DNA of 64,000 nt from Candidatus Woesearchaeota archaeon (GCA_964527365.1 CAZGQV010000003.1:8668-72667); one strand, 5' to 3'. Shown: positions 1 to 9,887, counted from the first letter of the stretch. Notes: generated from the letters alone by a model not told the origin. A program made the numbers and translations.

Positions 1-763
1 TCAAATCTTCCTCGCTAGAACCATTATCAGCAATAATAATTAAAGGCATTTTGTTAGAAAACTTTGCAACATTTCGAAGTGAATTTGCAGTATCCCTAAT
101 TGAATCATCAAGTTCATAAAATGGAGCTTGACAAGGAGCTCTCAAAAAATATTCCCAAGGAGCTTTCAAAGAACTATGTTGTTTAATAATCAAAGGTAAA
201 ATTGCCCTCTCTAAAGCAAACCCAGAAGAATAACCATCACAATCATTATGGTGCCTTACAATAATTGGCCTATCTTGAATAACAGCTAATCTAATTTGTG
301 TTGCAGCCTCAACAAATCTTTCTTTCAACTTATCTAAAACAGGAATACTTACTAAAAATTCAGGGGGTTCAACTATTGCACGTTCAAATTCTATTTTTTT
401 CATTTGTTTCAAAAAATAATCATGTTCATCTTCGTTAACCTTTTTAATCCTAATAATTTCTCCTTCAATTTCTCCTTGAAATTCTCCAATATTGACAGTA
501 GCTTTTACAATATCTCCTTCTTCAATTTCTGGATAAGCACGCTCTCCAGGACCAATAAATCCTTTAAGAGAAAAACTACCAGTACCATCACTTGTTACAA
601 ATACTGTGGGCCCACCTGTTTGAACAATTCGGTTAATCTTTCCCACAATAGAAACTTTTTTAGAATTCAAATCAATATCTTTAATCTGCATTTCAACGGT
701 CTCTAATATTTTTGCAGGTTTCTTAACAAACTTTTTATTGTTAAATTTTGCTTTATTTTTCAT
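1..763 (-). CDS. RecJ-like DHH-family phosphoesterase with N-terminal OB-fold (5' partial; C-terminal part lies beyond the window edge)
   Basis: Reverse-strand translation from the ATG near 763 gives MKNKAKF...VSIVGKINRIVQTGGPTVFVTSDGTG (OB-fold-like), then ...IIVRHHNDCDGYSSGFAL (DHH motif I region). The frame stays open to position 1. It is absent from the ORF track because it is truncated by the window edge. Confidence 0.55.
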   Translation of the reverse strand, partial: MKNKAKFNNKKFVKKPAKILETVEMQIKDIDLNSKKVSIVGKINRIVQTGGPTVFVTSDGTGSFSLKGFIGPGERAYPEIEEGDIVKATVNIGEFQGEIEGEIIRIKKVNEDEHDYFLKQMKKIEFERAIVEPPEFLVSIPVLDKLKERFVEAATQIRLAVIQDRPIIVRHHNDCDGYSSGFALERAILPLIIKQHSSLKAPWEYFLRAPCQAPFYELDDSIRDTANSLRNVAKFSNKMPLIIIADNGSSEEDL

Positions 764-865
764 CGTTTACAACATTCAATTGTATTAACCCATTAAAAAG
801 CTTTCGATTGGTTACGAGATAATATGAATATTTTTTCATATCTTATTGTAAGGAAATTAAATAAA

Positions 866-1123
866 TTATTTTTTATCTATTCGAGCCATATAAATTTCAT
901 CTCCTTTAGTTGCTCCAAAAAGTGAACCATAAGAATCTTTCAAAGATTGAAATTTGTATAAGGGATTATCAGAAAACGTCTTTTTTAATTGATTTACTTC
1001 CCACATTTTCAAATTATGAACATCCACGGTTTTTCCATTTTCCATTTCTTTAACCTTTTCAATAATCCCTTCCACAGGAATATTAATAACATTTACTAAC
1101 GAAGCCATTTCTATTAAAACCAT
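866..1123 (-). CDS. hypothetical small protein (possibly PRC-barrel-like)
   Basis: 85-aa ORF with a non-repetitive composition. No firm motif. Confidence 0.3.
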   Translation of the reverse strand: MVLIEMASLVNVINIPVEGIIEKVKEMENGKTVDVHNLKMWEVNQLKKTFSDNPLYKFQSLKDSYGSLFGATKGDEIYMARIDKK

Positions 1124-1180
1124 TTAAACTTTATAAGAATTTATGTCACATAATTTTTATAATTGAATATCTTATTACAA

Positions 1181-1194
1181 AAAACTTTATAACC
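1181..1194 (+). promoter_or_regulatory. archaeal BRE/TATA-like box (aaaactttataacc) about 23 nt upstream of the ATG at 1215; implies a leaderless mRNA
   Basis: The same AAAnTTTATAA(M)C motif recurs at a similar distance upstream of several other start codons in this window. Confidence 0.45.
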
Positions 1195-1214
1195 AAAAAC
1201 AAACTTAACCAATT

Positions 1215-2003
1215 ATGGAATTATTTTCTATAGTGGTTCTATTTCTATCTGGAATAGGTGCAGGGGTAATGACTGGACTTATTGGAGCTTCGGCAGTAAC
1301 ATTCATGGCCGGAATATTAATTGTTTTGCTCGGGTATGGTGCCTACTATGCAATAGGAATCTCATTAATAACAGATGTTTCAGCTTCGCTTGTTTCTACA
1401 CATTTATATAGAAAAGCAAAAAACATCGATGTGAAAAGAGGTGTATTAATTGGATTACTAGCTTTAGTTTTTGCATTTGTTGGCAGTTTACTGGCAAGAT
1501 TCATTCCAGACATTGCATTAACAGATGCTTTAGGAATAATTATTCTTTTAACAGGAATAAGTTTTATTAGAAACCCATTAAAAAATGATGAAAACAAATT
1601 TGCAAAATATTTCAAGAATAAAAAAACCACAGGATCAATTTTAATTGGTGTTTTTGTAGGATTATTTTGTGGACTCTTTGGTGTTGGGGGAGGAATAACA
1701 ATCTTGATTGCACTAGTATTCATCCTAGGTTATCCAATAAAGACTGCTGTGGGAACATCTGTATTAATAATGGCATTCATTTCTCTTTCGGGAGGAATTG
1801 GTCACTTTATAGGAAAAGAATTTCCTTGGATTCCCCTAATTATAAGTTCAATAGGGGGAATAATTGGTGGAATAGTGGCTTCTAACTATGCAAATAAGGT
1901 ATCCGAAGAAAAAATGTTCAAAATAACTGGAATAATTTTAATCATAATTTCCTTAGCTGTAATATTCAAAAAGTTCTTCTATTTTTATGGATTATTCATT
2001 TAA
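1215..2003 (+). CDS. TauE/SafE (DUF81) family membrane permease, probable sulfite/anion exporter
   Basis: 262 aa, Gly-rich multi-TM protein with an internal duplication of about 4 TM segments, typical of the TauE/SafE family. Confidence 0.65.
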   Translation: MELFSIVVLFLSGIGAGVMTGLIGASAVTFMAGILIVLLGYGAYYAIGISLITDVSASLVSTHLYRKAKNIDVKRGVLIGLLALVFAFVGSLLARFIPDIALTDALGIIILLTGISFIRNPLKNDENKFAKYFKNKKTTGSILIGVFVGLFCGLFGVGGGITILIALVFILGYPIKTAVGTSVLIMAFISLSGGIGHFIGKEFPWIPLIISSIGGIIGGIVASNYANKVSEEKMFKITGIILIIISLAVIFKKFFYFYGLFI

Positions 2004-2022
2004 AATAAAGAATTTTTCTAAA

Positions 2023-2038
2023 GAAAACTTTATAAACC
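2023..2038 (+). promoter_or_regulatory. TATA/BRE-like box (gaaaactttataaacc) about 22 nt upstream of the S6e start
   Basis: Matches the recurring AAAnTTTATAA motif. Spacing is consistent with a leaderless transcript. Confidence 0.45.
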
Positions 2039-2057
2039 AAATTTTATAACATAACGT

Positions 2058-2510
2058 ATGGCATTCAAGATAAACATTTCAGAAAAATCAGGAAAAACTT
2101 ACAAATTAGAAGCGGAAGCAGAAGGATTAATTGATAAAGAATTGGAAGAAGTTGTTCAAGGTAAAGAAATTTCTGAAGATTTGGAAGGATATGAATTAAA
2201 AATTACCGGAACAAGCGACAAATCCGGATTCACTTCATTAAAATCAGTTCCAGGAATTGGATTAAAAAAAGTCCTATTAAGTTATGAAAAAGGCATGCAT
2301 AAAAGACCCAAAAAAGAAGGTAAAATAGAATATTCAAATAATAATCCCAAGGGATTACGATTAAGAAAAACTGTTAGAGGAAGAATCATTTCTGACGCAA
2401 TTACACAAATTAACATGATTGTTGTAAAACAAGGTAAAAAAACTCTTGAAGAAATTTACAACCCAAAAACAGAAGAAGCTCCTACTGAAGCACCTGTTGA
2501 AGCCCAATAA
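2058..2510 (+). CDS. rps6e: 30S ribosomal protein S6e
   Basis: MAFKINISEKSGKTYKLE...GYELKITGTSDKSGF...RLRKTVRGRIIS matches the archaeal S6e consensus. Confidence 0.85.
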   Translation: MAFKINISEKSGKTYKLEAEAEGLIDKELEEVVQGKEISEDLEGYELKITGTSDKSGFTSLKSVPGIGLKKVLLSYEKGMHKRPKKEGKIEYSNNNPKGLRLRKTVRGRIISDAITQINMIVVKQGKKTLEEIYNPKTEEAPTEAPVEAQ

Positions 2511-2562
2511 TTTTTTATTTTTAACCCAAAACCTTTTTTAACTAAGTTTTTCTAAATTCTTT

Positions 2563-3750
2563 ATGACAGATTTACCAGAATTAAATGTTGGCGTTGTAGG
2601 CCACATCGATCACGGAAAAACAACATTACTTTCAAGACTAACTGGGAAGTTTGCCGACACACATTCTGAAGAACTAAAACGGGGAATTACAATAAAACTT
2701 GGTTATGCTGAACTAATTATTTCTAAAGACAAAGGAGAATACACTCACGAAAAACGAGGAACTCCTGAACGATACATTTCATTTATTGATGCTCCAGGTC
2801 ATGAAATGCTAATGGCAACAATGCTTTCAGGTGCAGCAATTATTGATTCAGCAATTTTGGTTATTGCAGCAAACGAAGGAATTAAACCACAAACTAAAGA
2901 ACATTTTATGGCACTTCAAGCAAAAGGAATAAAAAATATAATAATTGTCCAAAACAAAATAGATCTTGTTTCAAAAGAAGAAGCTGCAAAAAATTATAAA
3001 ATAATAAAAGAATTTGTAAAAGGAACAATTGCCGAAAATGCCCCAATTATTCCAATTTCAGCCCAACAAAATATTAACATAGATAAATTACTTGAAGCAT
3101 TAATAAATTTCCCAGTTCCAAAAAGAAACACAAATGAAAAACCAATTTTTTTAATTGCAAGAAGTTTTGACATTAATAAACCAGGGACAGAAATAAAAAA
3201 TTTACATGGCGGGGTTTTGGGAGGAATATTAAAACAAGGAACATTAAAAGTGGGAGATGAAATTGAAATAAAACCTGGACTTTCAATAAAAAAAAATAAT
3301 CAATATTCCTATGAATCTTTGACAACAAAAATTTTATCTTTAAATAAAGGAACGAAACAAGTTAAAGAAATTTTGCCTGGAGCATCCATCTCCATTGAAA
3401 CTGAATTAGATCCATTTTTAACAAAAACAGATTCATTAACTGGTTCAGTTATTTCTCTAAAAGGTAATCTTCCGGAAATAACCCACAAAGTCAAAATAAA
3501 AACAAATTTATTTGAAGAAATATTGGGGGAAGTTGGTCACAAAAAAACTGAAGTTTTGAAAACAAAAGAAATGCTAATGCTTTCTGTAAATACAACAATC
3601 ACTGTTGGAACAGTTGAAAAGATTAGTGAAGATGATGTTGAAATGAGTTTGAATATTCCAATTGTTGCATTAAAAGGAGACAATGTTGGAATCGCAAGAA
3701 ACATTTCTGGCCACTGGAGATTAATTGGATTTGGCGAGATTCTTGATTAA
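2563..3750 (+). CDS. eif2g: translation initiation factor aIF2 gamma subunit
   Basis: G1 motif GHIDHGKTTL and G3 motif DAPGHE, an EF-Tu-like GTPase with domains II and III, 395 aa. This is the canonical aIF2-gamma architecture. Confidence 0.9.
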   Translation: MTDLPELNVGVVGHIDHGKTTLLSRLTGKFADTHSEELKRGITIKLGYAELIISKDKGEYTHEKRGTPERYISFIDAPGHEMLMATMLSGAAIIDSAILVIAANEGIKPQTKEHFMALQAKGIKNIIIVQNKIDLVSKEEAAKNYKIIKEFVKGTIAENAPIIPISAQQNINIDKLLEALINFPVPKRNTNEKPIFLIARSFDINKPGTEIKNLHGGVLGGILKQGTLKVGDEIEIKPGLSIKKNNQYSYESLTTKILSLNKGTKQVKEILPGASISIETELDPFLTKTDSLTGSVISLKGNLPEITHKVKIKTNLFEEILGEVGHKKTEVLKTKEMLMLSVNTTITVGTVEKISEDDVEMSLNIPIVALKGDNVGIARNISGHWRLIGFGEILD

Positions 3751-3767
3751 AGAGTACAATCTCCCCA

Positions 3768-3781
3768 ACAAACTTTATAAT
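3768..3781 (+). promoter_or_regulatory. TATA/BRE-like box (caaactttataatc) about 26 nt upstream of the ATG at 3806
   Basis: Recurring motif. Leaderless arrangement. Confidence 0.4.
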
Positions 3782-3805
3782 CTCCAAACATTTTTTACAT
3801 GAACA

Positions 3806-4711
3806 ATGGTAGTCTATTCACATTCCAGAATTTCCTCATATGAACAATGTAAATATCGATACAAATTAAGATATCTTGACAAAGTTAAATCTCCAATTGA
3901 AAAATCAATTGAATCCCACTTAGGGACATGTGTCCATGATACATTAGAATGGTTATACAAGGAAGTTTTAGAAAAAAGACTGCCAGAGATGGACGAAATT
4001 CTACAAAGATATGCTGCACAATGGAATCGTGACTACAAAGAAAATTTCATAATTGTAAAAAAACAATTTAATGCAGAAGACTACAAAAATAAGGGGGTAA
4101 AATTCTTAATAGATTATTATGTAAAACACACACCATTCAAAGATGGAACAATTTCCATGGAAGAAAAAGTTTGGGTTAATTTGGGAGATGATTTTCCCCA
4201 CAAAGTAATTGGATTCATTGATAGGCTAGTTTACAATAAAGAGAAAAACGAATATGAAATTCATGATTATAAAACAGCAAACTCTCTTCCAACACAGGCA
4301 AAGTTTGACAAAGACAGACAACTAGCATTATATGGGCTTGCAATAAGAGAAAAATATGGCCTAGACAAATCCATTCTTTTAACTTGGCATTACTTAAACC
4401 ACAATAAACAAATATTTTCAAAAAGAACCGACGAACAATTTGAACAATTAAAAGAAGAAATTAAAAATAAAATTTTAGAAATTGAAGCCAATCAAAATTT
4501 CCCTTGTACAAAAACAATTCTTTGTAATTGGTGTGAATATAAACTGTATTGTAAAGCACATGGAAATCAATTACCTGAACAATATAGGCAAAAACAAACT
4601 TCCTTAACAGAACATACTAAACCAAAAGAAATTCCCACAATTGAAATTCCAAAAGAAGAAATGGAAAAAATAAACAAAGAATTTCCAACTGTGAGTAAAT
4701 ATTTGAAATAA
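3806..4711 (+). CDS. PD-(D/E)XK nuclease of the Cas4/RecB-like (DUF83) type with a four-Cys cluster; standalone, with no CRISPR locus nearby
   Basis: An N-terminal Cys (YEQCKYRYKL) plus a C-terminal CxxxxxxCxxCxxxxxC, together with the IGFIDRL...EIHDYKT (D...ExK) motif, is a Cas4-like Fe-S nuclease architecture. Confidence 0.55.
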   Translation: MVVYSHSRISSYEQCKYRYKLRYLDKVKSPIEKSIESHLGTCVHDTLEWLYKEVLEKRLPEMDEILQRYAAQWNRDYKENFIIVKKQFNAEDYKNKGVKFLIDYYVKHTPFKDGTISMEEKVWVNLGDDFPHKVIGFIDRLVYNKEKNEYEIHDYKTANSLPTQAKFDKDRQLALYGLAIREKYGLDKSILLTWHYLNHNKQIFSKRTDEQFEQLKEEIKNKILEIEANQNFPCTKTILCNWCEYKLYCKAHGNQLPEQYRQKQTSLTEHTKPKEIPTIEIPKEEMEKINKEFPTVSKYLK

Positions 4712-4713
4712 AC

Positions 4714-6276
4714 TCAAGAATAACTCTCAACAACTTCAAACTTTTCTCGAAATTTTAAGTTTTCAGTTACATTGACTGGTTTTGCTTGTCCTTTCTTAGC
4801 TAAAATTTCAGAATCTATTTTATCATAATTTCCTTTTTTAACAATAGACAAAATAGGGGGATCCATGCGGCCAAATTCATTTCTAGTTTCTCCATAAGTC
4901 AACATATATTTCTGCCACAATAAATCAATTTCTTTCAGCAAATTTTTTGCAATTTCCTCATCAATTTTTTTAAAAGGTTCAATTAAAATTTCATACTTTG
5001 GTTTTTTATTTTTAACTATAAATGGTATAACTGTAAAGGATCTAAATTTAACTTTTAATTTTTTAAGTCCTTCTTTAACTCCCCGAACAATTTCTCCTTC
5101 AGGAGCATGTTCTTCAGTAATATTTAGAAATTTATTTCTCTCAGAAAATTTCACAACAGGAAGTTTACCAGAAAAGCCGACAACTTTTACAACATCTTTA
5201 ATATCATACCTATACAAACCTTCTTGAGTAGTCATAATTACTTTATACTCTTTATTTTTTTTTAATTTGCCAATTGTAATTGGTTTCAAAAAATCTTTTC
5301 CTCGTTTTTCACAGAATTCAAAAAAAGTTTCATTGGCCGGAATAATTCCTTCTCCATCAACATCATCGAGCCCCACACTAATTCTACCCTCGCTAGCAAA
5401 TATACCATTGTCTTTCACCACCATATTAATTTTACCAAGTTTTTCTTTAACTGTTTCTAGATATATTTTATTTGAATTTGTTTTTAATGAATTAATAACC
5501 CACAAATTAGGCCAAATTGTAATTGGTTTAAAATCAACTAAATTTTCTAAATAATTTGCACGTGTTTTATTATGTTTTCTAACTTCCCTAATTAATTTTT
5601 TTTCATTCTTTTTTAAAAAATCAAAAAATAAAATTCCCTGTACTGCAGAAGCAAATGCTATGTGTGTAAGGTTCTTTTCCATCAAAGCAAGTATTGCAAT
5701 TTTCTTCATCTTCCGAGAAAAATTTTTCATATTCAAGGTATCAGAATCAACAATCAATTTACGTTTTATAACTTTACTGGCATTTTTAACTAAATACCCC
5801 GTAATATTTCCATAAGGAATTTTTCCTTTAGTGTGCCCAATTAAATCTCCAGCAGCAAAATACAAAGTTTTTCCTTTCAACATTTTTGTTCCACCTTTTG
5901 ACATTGCCCACAAAAATAATTCGCCACGATAAAACTCCATTCTTTTCTTTGTTATGGGAATAAACTTTGGAGAACTAGTCGTTCCAGAAGATACTGCAAA
6001 AAATAAAACCTTATCTTTAACCAATACATTCCTTTTACCTTTTTTCATAACTTCAATTTCTGGCAATATATCATCATAATCAATAATTGGAACATTTTTT
6101 TGAAAATTTTTAATAGATTTTATTTTCCTAAAATCAAATCTTTTTCCATATTCAGTATCTTTATTATTTCTTAAAATTTTAAATAAAATTCTTTCTTGAA
6201 CTCGTTCAGGATTTAACATTGCAGCCGCAAATTCAAGTGCAAACTTGGCTGGTTTGAAAACTCGCTTAATAATCAT
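4714..6276 (-). CDS. GH3-family adenylate-forming enzyme (acyl acid amido synthetase-like)
   Basis: 520 aa. The AVSSGTTSSPKFIP motif is a GH3 hallmark (SSGTT-G-KxIP), and the overall length fits. Confidence 0.5.
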   Translation of the reverse strand: MIIKRVFKPAKFALEFAAAMLNPERVQERILFKILRNNKDTEYGKRFDFRKIKSIKNFQKNVPIIDYDDILPEIEVMKKGKRNVLVKDKVLFFAVSSGTTSSPKFIPITKKRMEFYRGELFLWAMSKGGTKMLKGKTLYFAAGDLIGHTKGKIPYGNITGYLVKNASKVIKRKLIVDSDTLNMKNFSRKMKKIAILALMEKNLTHIAFASAVQGILFFDFLKKNEKKLIREVRKHNKTRANYLENLVDFKPITIWPNLWVINSLKTNSNKIYLETVKEKLGKINMVVKDNGIFASEGRISVGLDDVDGEGIIPANETFFEFCEKRGKDFLKPITIGKLKKNKEYKVIMTTQEGLYRYDIKDVVKVVGFSGKLPVVKFSERNKFLNITEEHAPEGEIVRGVKEGLKKLKVKFRSFTVIPFIVKNKKPKYEILIEPFKKIDEEIAKNLLKEIDLLWQKYMLTYGETRNEFGRMDPPILSIVKKGNYDKIDSEILAKKGQAKPVNVTENLKFREKFEVVESYS

Positions 6277-6350
6277 AAAAAAGAGATGAAAATGGGATTT
6301 ATATTGCTTTTTATAAAAACATTTAAATATTCATATGAAGTGTCATTCAT

Positions 6351-6647
6351 ATGAAATGTAACGCATACCACATATTTTTTAAAAACCTAGCAAATCCTTT
6401 GAAAACCCAAATAATTCAAGTATTAAAAGAAAAACCCATGTCAGTAACTGAATTAATAGAAAAAACAAAGATTGAACAATCTAAACTTTCACACGCATTA
6501 ACTAGCTTGAAGTTTTGTAAAATTGTAAATTCAAAACAAAAAGGAAAACAAAGAATTTATTCTTTAAATAAAAAAACAATAATACCAATTCTAAAAGTGA
6601 TTGACAAACATCGACAATCTTTTTGTCCTGGTTGTAAAGCAAAATGA
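6351..6647 (+). CDS. ArsR-family winged-HTH transcriptional regulator (putative regulator of the Fe-S locus)
   Basis: 98 aa. The HTH region is MSVTELIEKTKIEQSKLSHALTSLKFCKIV. The stop overlaps the downstream IscS start (6644/6647). Confidence 0.5.
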   Translation: MKCNAYHIFFKNLANPLKTQIIQVLKEKPMSVTELIEKTKIEQSKLSHALTSLKFCKIVNSKQKGKQRIYSLNKKTIIPILKVIDKHRQSFCPGCKAK

Positions 6648-7792
6648 AAATATATTTAGATAATGCAGCTACAACTCGCATAGATGATAAAGTTTTGAAA
6701 ACAATGTTACCTTATTTTACAAAAAATTATGGAAATGCTTCTTCACTCCACATGGAAGGAACAGAAGCTAAAACAGCTTTAGATAAATCAAGAAAAATAA
6801 TTGCAAAATCATTGAATACAAAAAATTCTGAAATTTATTTCACCTCTGGAGGAACCGAATCAAACAACTGGGCATTAAAGGGTTTATTCTGGGAAAACTT
6901 TCCAAAAAAAAATCACATCATAACAACAAAAATTGAACATGATTGTATAATCAATACTTGTGGCTGGTTGGAACAACAAGGTGCAGTTGTAACATACTTG
7001 GATGTTGATAAAGAAGGATTCATCAATTTAAAAAATTTAGAAAAGGCAATCACAGATAAAACATTTTTAGTAACAATAATTCATGGAAACAACGAAATTG
7101 GAACAATTCAAAATTTAGAAGCTATTGGAAAAATTACAAAAGAAAAAAATGTTCTTTTCCATACTGATGCCTGTCAAAGTTATACAAAAGTACCAATTAA
7201 TGTTAATAAAATGAATTTGGATTTAGTCACAATTAATTCACATAAGATTCATGGACCAAAAGGGGTGGGTGTCCTATACATAAAAGACAAGATAAAACTA
7301 ACACCCCTAATGCACGGGGGGGGTCATGAAAAAAAACAAAGAAGTGGAACTGAAAACATTCCAGGAATTGTTGGTTTTGCAAAAGCCGTTGAAATAACAA
7401 AAGAAAAAGATTTCAAAAAAATCACAATACTTAGAGACAAATTAATTGACAGAATTCAAAACTCAATTACAAATACAAAATTGAACGGTCCAACAGGAAA
7501 AAATAGATTACAAAATAACATAAATATCTCTTTCACTAACGTCGAGGGTGAAGCCATTGGAGGATATTTGGAAAATCAAGGAATCTTTGTTTCAACAGGA
7601 TCGGCCTGCATGTCAAATACTCTAGCTTCAAGTCATGTACTAAAAGCATTAAAATTATCTGATTTAGAACAAAACTCTTCAATTAGAATAAGTTTGAGTA
7701 AATACACTACAGAAAAAGATGTTGAATATGTTCTGAAAAAATTACCTGAAATAATTAAAAAACTAAGAAGACTTAGTCCTTTGTTAAAATGA
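6644..7792 (+). CDS. iscS: cysteine desulfurase (IscS/NifS, class V aminotransferase)
   Basis: SGGTESNN, a PLP-lysine region HKIHGPKGVG, and a catalytic Cys loop STGSACMS. Confidence 0.85.
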   Translation: MKIYLDNAATTRIDDKVLKTMLPYFTKNYGNASSLHMEGTEAKTALDKSRKIIAKSLNTKNSEIYFTSGGTESNNWALKGLFWENFPKKNHIITTKIEHDCIINTCGWLEQQGAVVTYLDVDKEGFINLKNLEKAITDKTFLVTIIHGNNEIGTIQNLEAIGKITKEKNVLFHTDACQSYTKVPINVNKMNLDLVTINSHKIHGPKGVGVLYIKDKIKLTPLMHGGGHEKKQRSGTENIPGIVGFAKAVEITKEKDFKKITILRDKLIDRIQNSITNTKLNGPTGKNRLQNNINISFTNVEGEAIGGYLENQGIFVSTGSACMSNTLASSHVLKALKLSDLEQNSSIRISLSKYTTEKDVEYVLKKLPEIIKKLRRLSPLLK

Positions 7793-8334
7793 ATATACAA
7801 ATAATTTCTAAAAAATCCATAGATTTGACAATTGCAGAAATTACTTTAATGAATAATTCCAGAATAAAACAATGGGGGAAAAATGCTAAAGTAGATTTCA
7901 AAAAAGAAGATAAGAATGGAGAATTTATTTTTGTGAAAAATAACAAAAAAATAGTTGCATTTGGAATGATGAAACCAATAAAAATAAAATTAAATAAAAA
8001 TAATTTTACAATTTTAGGGATGGGGAGGGGATTCGCAATTATAAAAAACAAAGAATATGGGAGAATATTAAATTCTGCAAGAATTCACCAATTGAAAAAA
8101 TCACAAAAAACAGCAGTTGCATTTACTGACAGATCAAATATTGCTTTCTTTGAAAAAGTTGGTTTCAAAATAAAGAAAAACGGAATTAGACAATTCAAAT
8201 ATTTGAATTCTAAAACAAAAAAATTAATTTATGACCCCGATGGAGATATGGTTTATTTTGAAGGCAAAGATAAATTCATAACAAAATTATTAAAATCAAA
8301 ACAATTTGCAATAACAGACACGCCTTTTTGGTAA
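7789..8334 (+). CDS. hypothetical protein, possibly a GNAT-like acetyltransferase
   Basis: The C-terminal FFEKVGFKIK resembles a GNAT C-terminal motif. It overlaps the iscS stop by 4 nt, suggesting an operon. Confidence 0.3.
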   Translation: MNIQIISKKSIDLTIAEITLMNNSRIKQWGKNAKVDFKKEDKNGEFIFVKNNKKIVAFGMMKPIKIKLNKNNFTILGMGRGFAIIKNKEYGRILNSARIHQLKKSQKTAVAFTDRSNIAFFEKVGFKIKKNGIRQFKYLNSKTKKLIYDPDGDMVYFEGKDKFITKLLKSKQFAITDTPFW

Positions 8335-8341
8335 AATAACA

Positions 8342-8545
8342 ATGATTTCAAAAAAAATAACAAAACAAACAAATATTATGGAAGCAATGGAGCTAAATCC
8401 AAATGCAGCCGAAATTTTAACAAATTCAGGACTAGGATGCATTGGTTGTTCTTTGGCCCACGCCGAAACTTTAGAACAAGGTTTAATGGCACATGGTTTT
8501 GAAGAAAAAGAAATTGATGACGTAATTGAAAAATTGAATAAATAA
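8342..8545 (+). CDS. DUF1858 (hybrid-cluster-protein-associated redox disulfide) small protein
   Basis: 67 aa with a GLGCIGCSLAHAETLEQGLMAHG core, typical of DUF1858/TIGR03980-like proteins. Confidence 0.5.
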   Translation: MISKKITKQTNIMEAMELNPNAAEILTNSGLGCIGCSLAHAETLEQGLMAHGFEEKEIDDVIEKLNK

Positions 8546-8609
8546 TTGATACCATATTAAAATAGTAACAAATCACAAAACTTATAAATTAAATTTTCTA
8601 TTAATTCTT

Positions 8610-8927
8610 ATGAAAAACACATTTAGCTTGTCAAAAATAGAAAGCCCATATAAAATATATGAAGGGATTGAATCAAGAGTTCAAACCACAAAAGATTCTC
8701 ATTTTGGAGTTATTTCAAATGAAGATATTGAATATTTATACTTAAAACCCCATCTTGTTTATGAAAATTTACCAAAATCTAAACAATCTTGGAAACAAAT
8801 TCCAAGAATAGAAATGAAAATTCCAAAAGCAATAAAAAAAGCCTTTATTGAATCTATAGATCCCCTGGAAGAAGGTTATATAACTAACTTAGTCACAAAA
8901 ATTTTAGAAACAGCCAAGACAGAATAA
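8610..8927 (+). CDS. hypothetical protein
   Basis: 105-aa ORF inside the Fe-S assembly gene cluster. No motif recognised. Confidence 0.3.
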   Translation: MKNTFSLSKIESPYKIYEGIESRVQTTKDSHFGVISNEDIEYLYLKPHLVYENLPKSKQSWKQIPRIEMKIPKAIKKAFIESIDPLEEGYITNLVTKILETAKTE

Positions 8928-8987
8928 TTTCAAATAAATTTAACTTCTAAAAAATTCCACAACATTTAAATATGAAAATATTAACAT

Positions 8988-9443
8988 ATGTTCATGGGCT
9001 TTGAATACTCAAAAAAAGTAATGGATAATTTTCTAAAACCCCAAAACATGGGAAAAATAAAAAACCCAAATGGTATTGCAGAAATTGGAAGTCCAGCATG
9101 TGGGGACATTATGCATATGGAAATTAAAGTCAAAAACAATATTTTGAAAGATATTAAATTCAAAACATTTGGTTGTGCTGCAGCAATAGCCTCAACCTCA
9201 ATAATTACTCAAATGGTTAAAGGAAAATCATTAGAATACGCTGAAAAATTAACTATGAAACATGTAGCTGAAGAACTAAAAGGACTCCCAAAAATTAAAA
9301 TGCATTGTTCAACCATGGGAATTCAAACATTGAAAAAAGCAATTAAAAATTATAAAATTAATGCAAGATTAATAAAAAAACCAACTGACTGGTGCCCTAA
9401 AGAAAATAATAATGAACAAGACCATAATGGTGAAACTTATTGA
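8988..9443 (+). CDS. iscU: Fe-S cluster assembly scaffold IscU/NifU-like
   Basis: GSPACGDIMHMEIKV, FKTFGCAAAIASTS and MHCSTMG are the three conserved Cys regions of IscU. Confidence 0.8.
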   Translation: MFMGFEYSKKVMDNFLKPQNMGKIKNPNGIAEIGSPACGDIMHMEIKVKNNILKDIKFKTFGCAAAIASTSIITQMVKGKSLEYAEKLTMKHVAEELKGLPKIKMHCSTMGIQTLKKAIKNYKINARLIKKPTDWCPKENNNEQDHNGETY

Positions 9444-9596
9444 CAGAACGAAATAAAAATCTACTATCCGTCCACCGTGTAACCTAAACAGTTCAAAACT
9501 TTGTAATAACTAATCTCAAACTATGTCCATGCCACGGGTGATAACTTAACTTATCAAATCTGAATTTTAGTTCAACTTACCATATAAATAATAAAA

Positions 9597-9887
9597 TCAA
9601 TTAATCACTTCAAATATCTTAGAAATTCCCTTTTTAGCCAAAAATAATACTTCAAGTCGAGATTCTTTATTTGGACAAATTAAAGAAGAATTAACATTTA
9701 TCAGATTATCTCTTGCTTGACAAAATAAATCCTTCAATGATCCAACCCCATATTGTCCTTCAAGCATGACTTTATTATATTCCTTACAAAAAATAAGATT
9801 AAGATCATTTACTTGATCTGCATTTCCTATTATTGCAGCATTTTCCATGTTTAATAAAACACCATATAATTTTTTGTACTCATCCAT
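9597..9887 (-). CDS. hypothetical protein (possibly a Roadblock/LC7-like fold)
   Basis: 96-aa ORF with weak similarity in pattern only. Confidence 0.25.
   Translation of the reverse strand: MDEYKKLYGVLLNMENAAIIGNADQVNDLNLIFCKEYNKVMLEGQYGVGSLKDLFCQARDNLINVNSSLICPNKESRLEVLFLAKKGISKIFEVIN

Noticed and set aside
404-706. Plus-strand 100-aa ORF in the track
   Set aside because: Low-complexity N/F/S-rich translation. It lies antisense to a well-supported minus-strand RecJ-like DHH gene (1..763) whose translation has clear OB-fold and DHH motifs.
1346-1885. ORFs 1346..1723(-) and 1667..1885(+) inside the TauE/SafE gene
   Set aside because: Alternative-frame or antisense ORFs within a strongly supported membrane-protein gene. 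Their translations are Pro/Cys/Trp-rich without motifs.
5267-5554. 95-aa plus-strand ORF inside the GH3-family gene
   Set aside because: Antisense to the 520-aa GH3-like CDS. The composition is S/P/L-rich and typical of antisense reading of an AT-rich gene.
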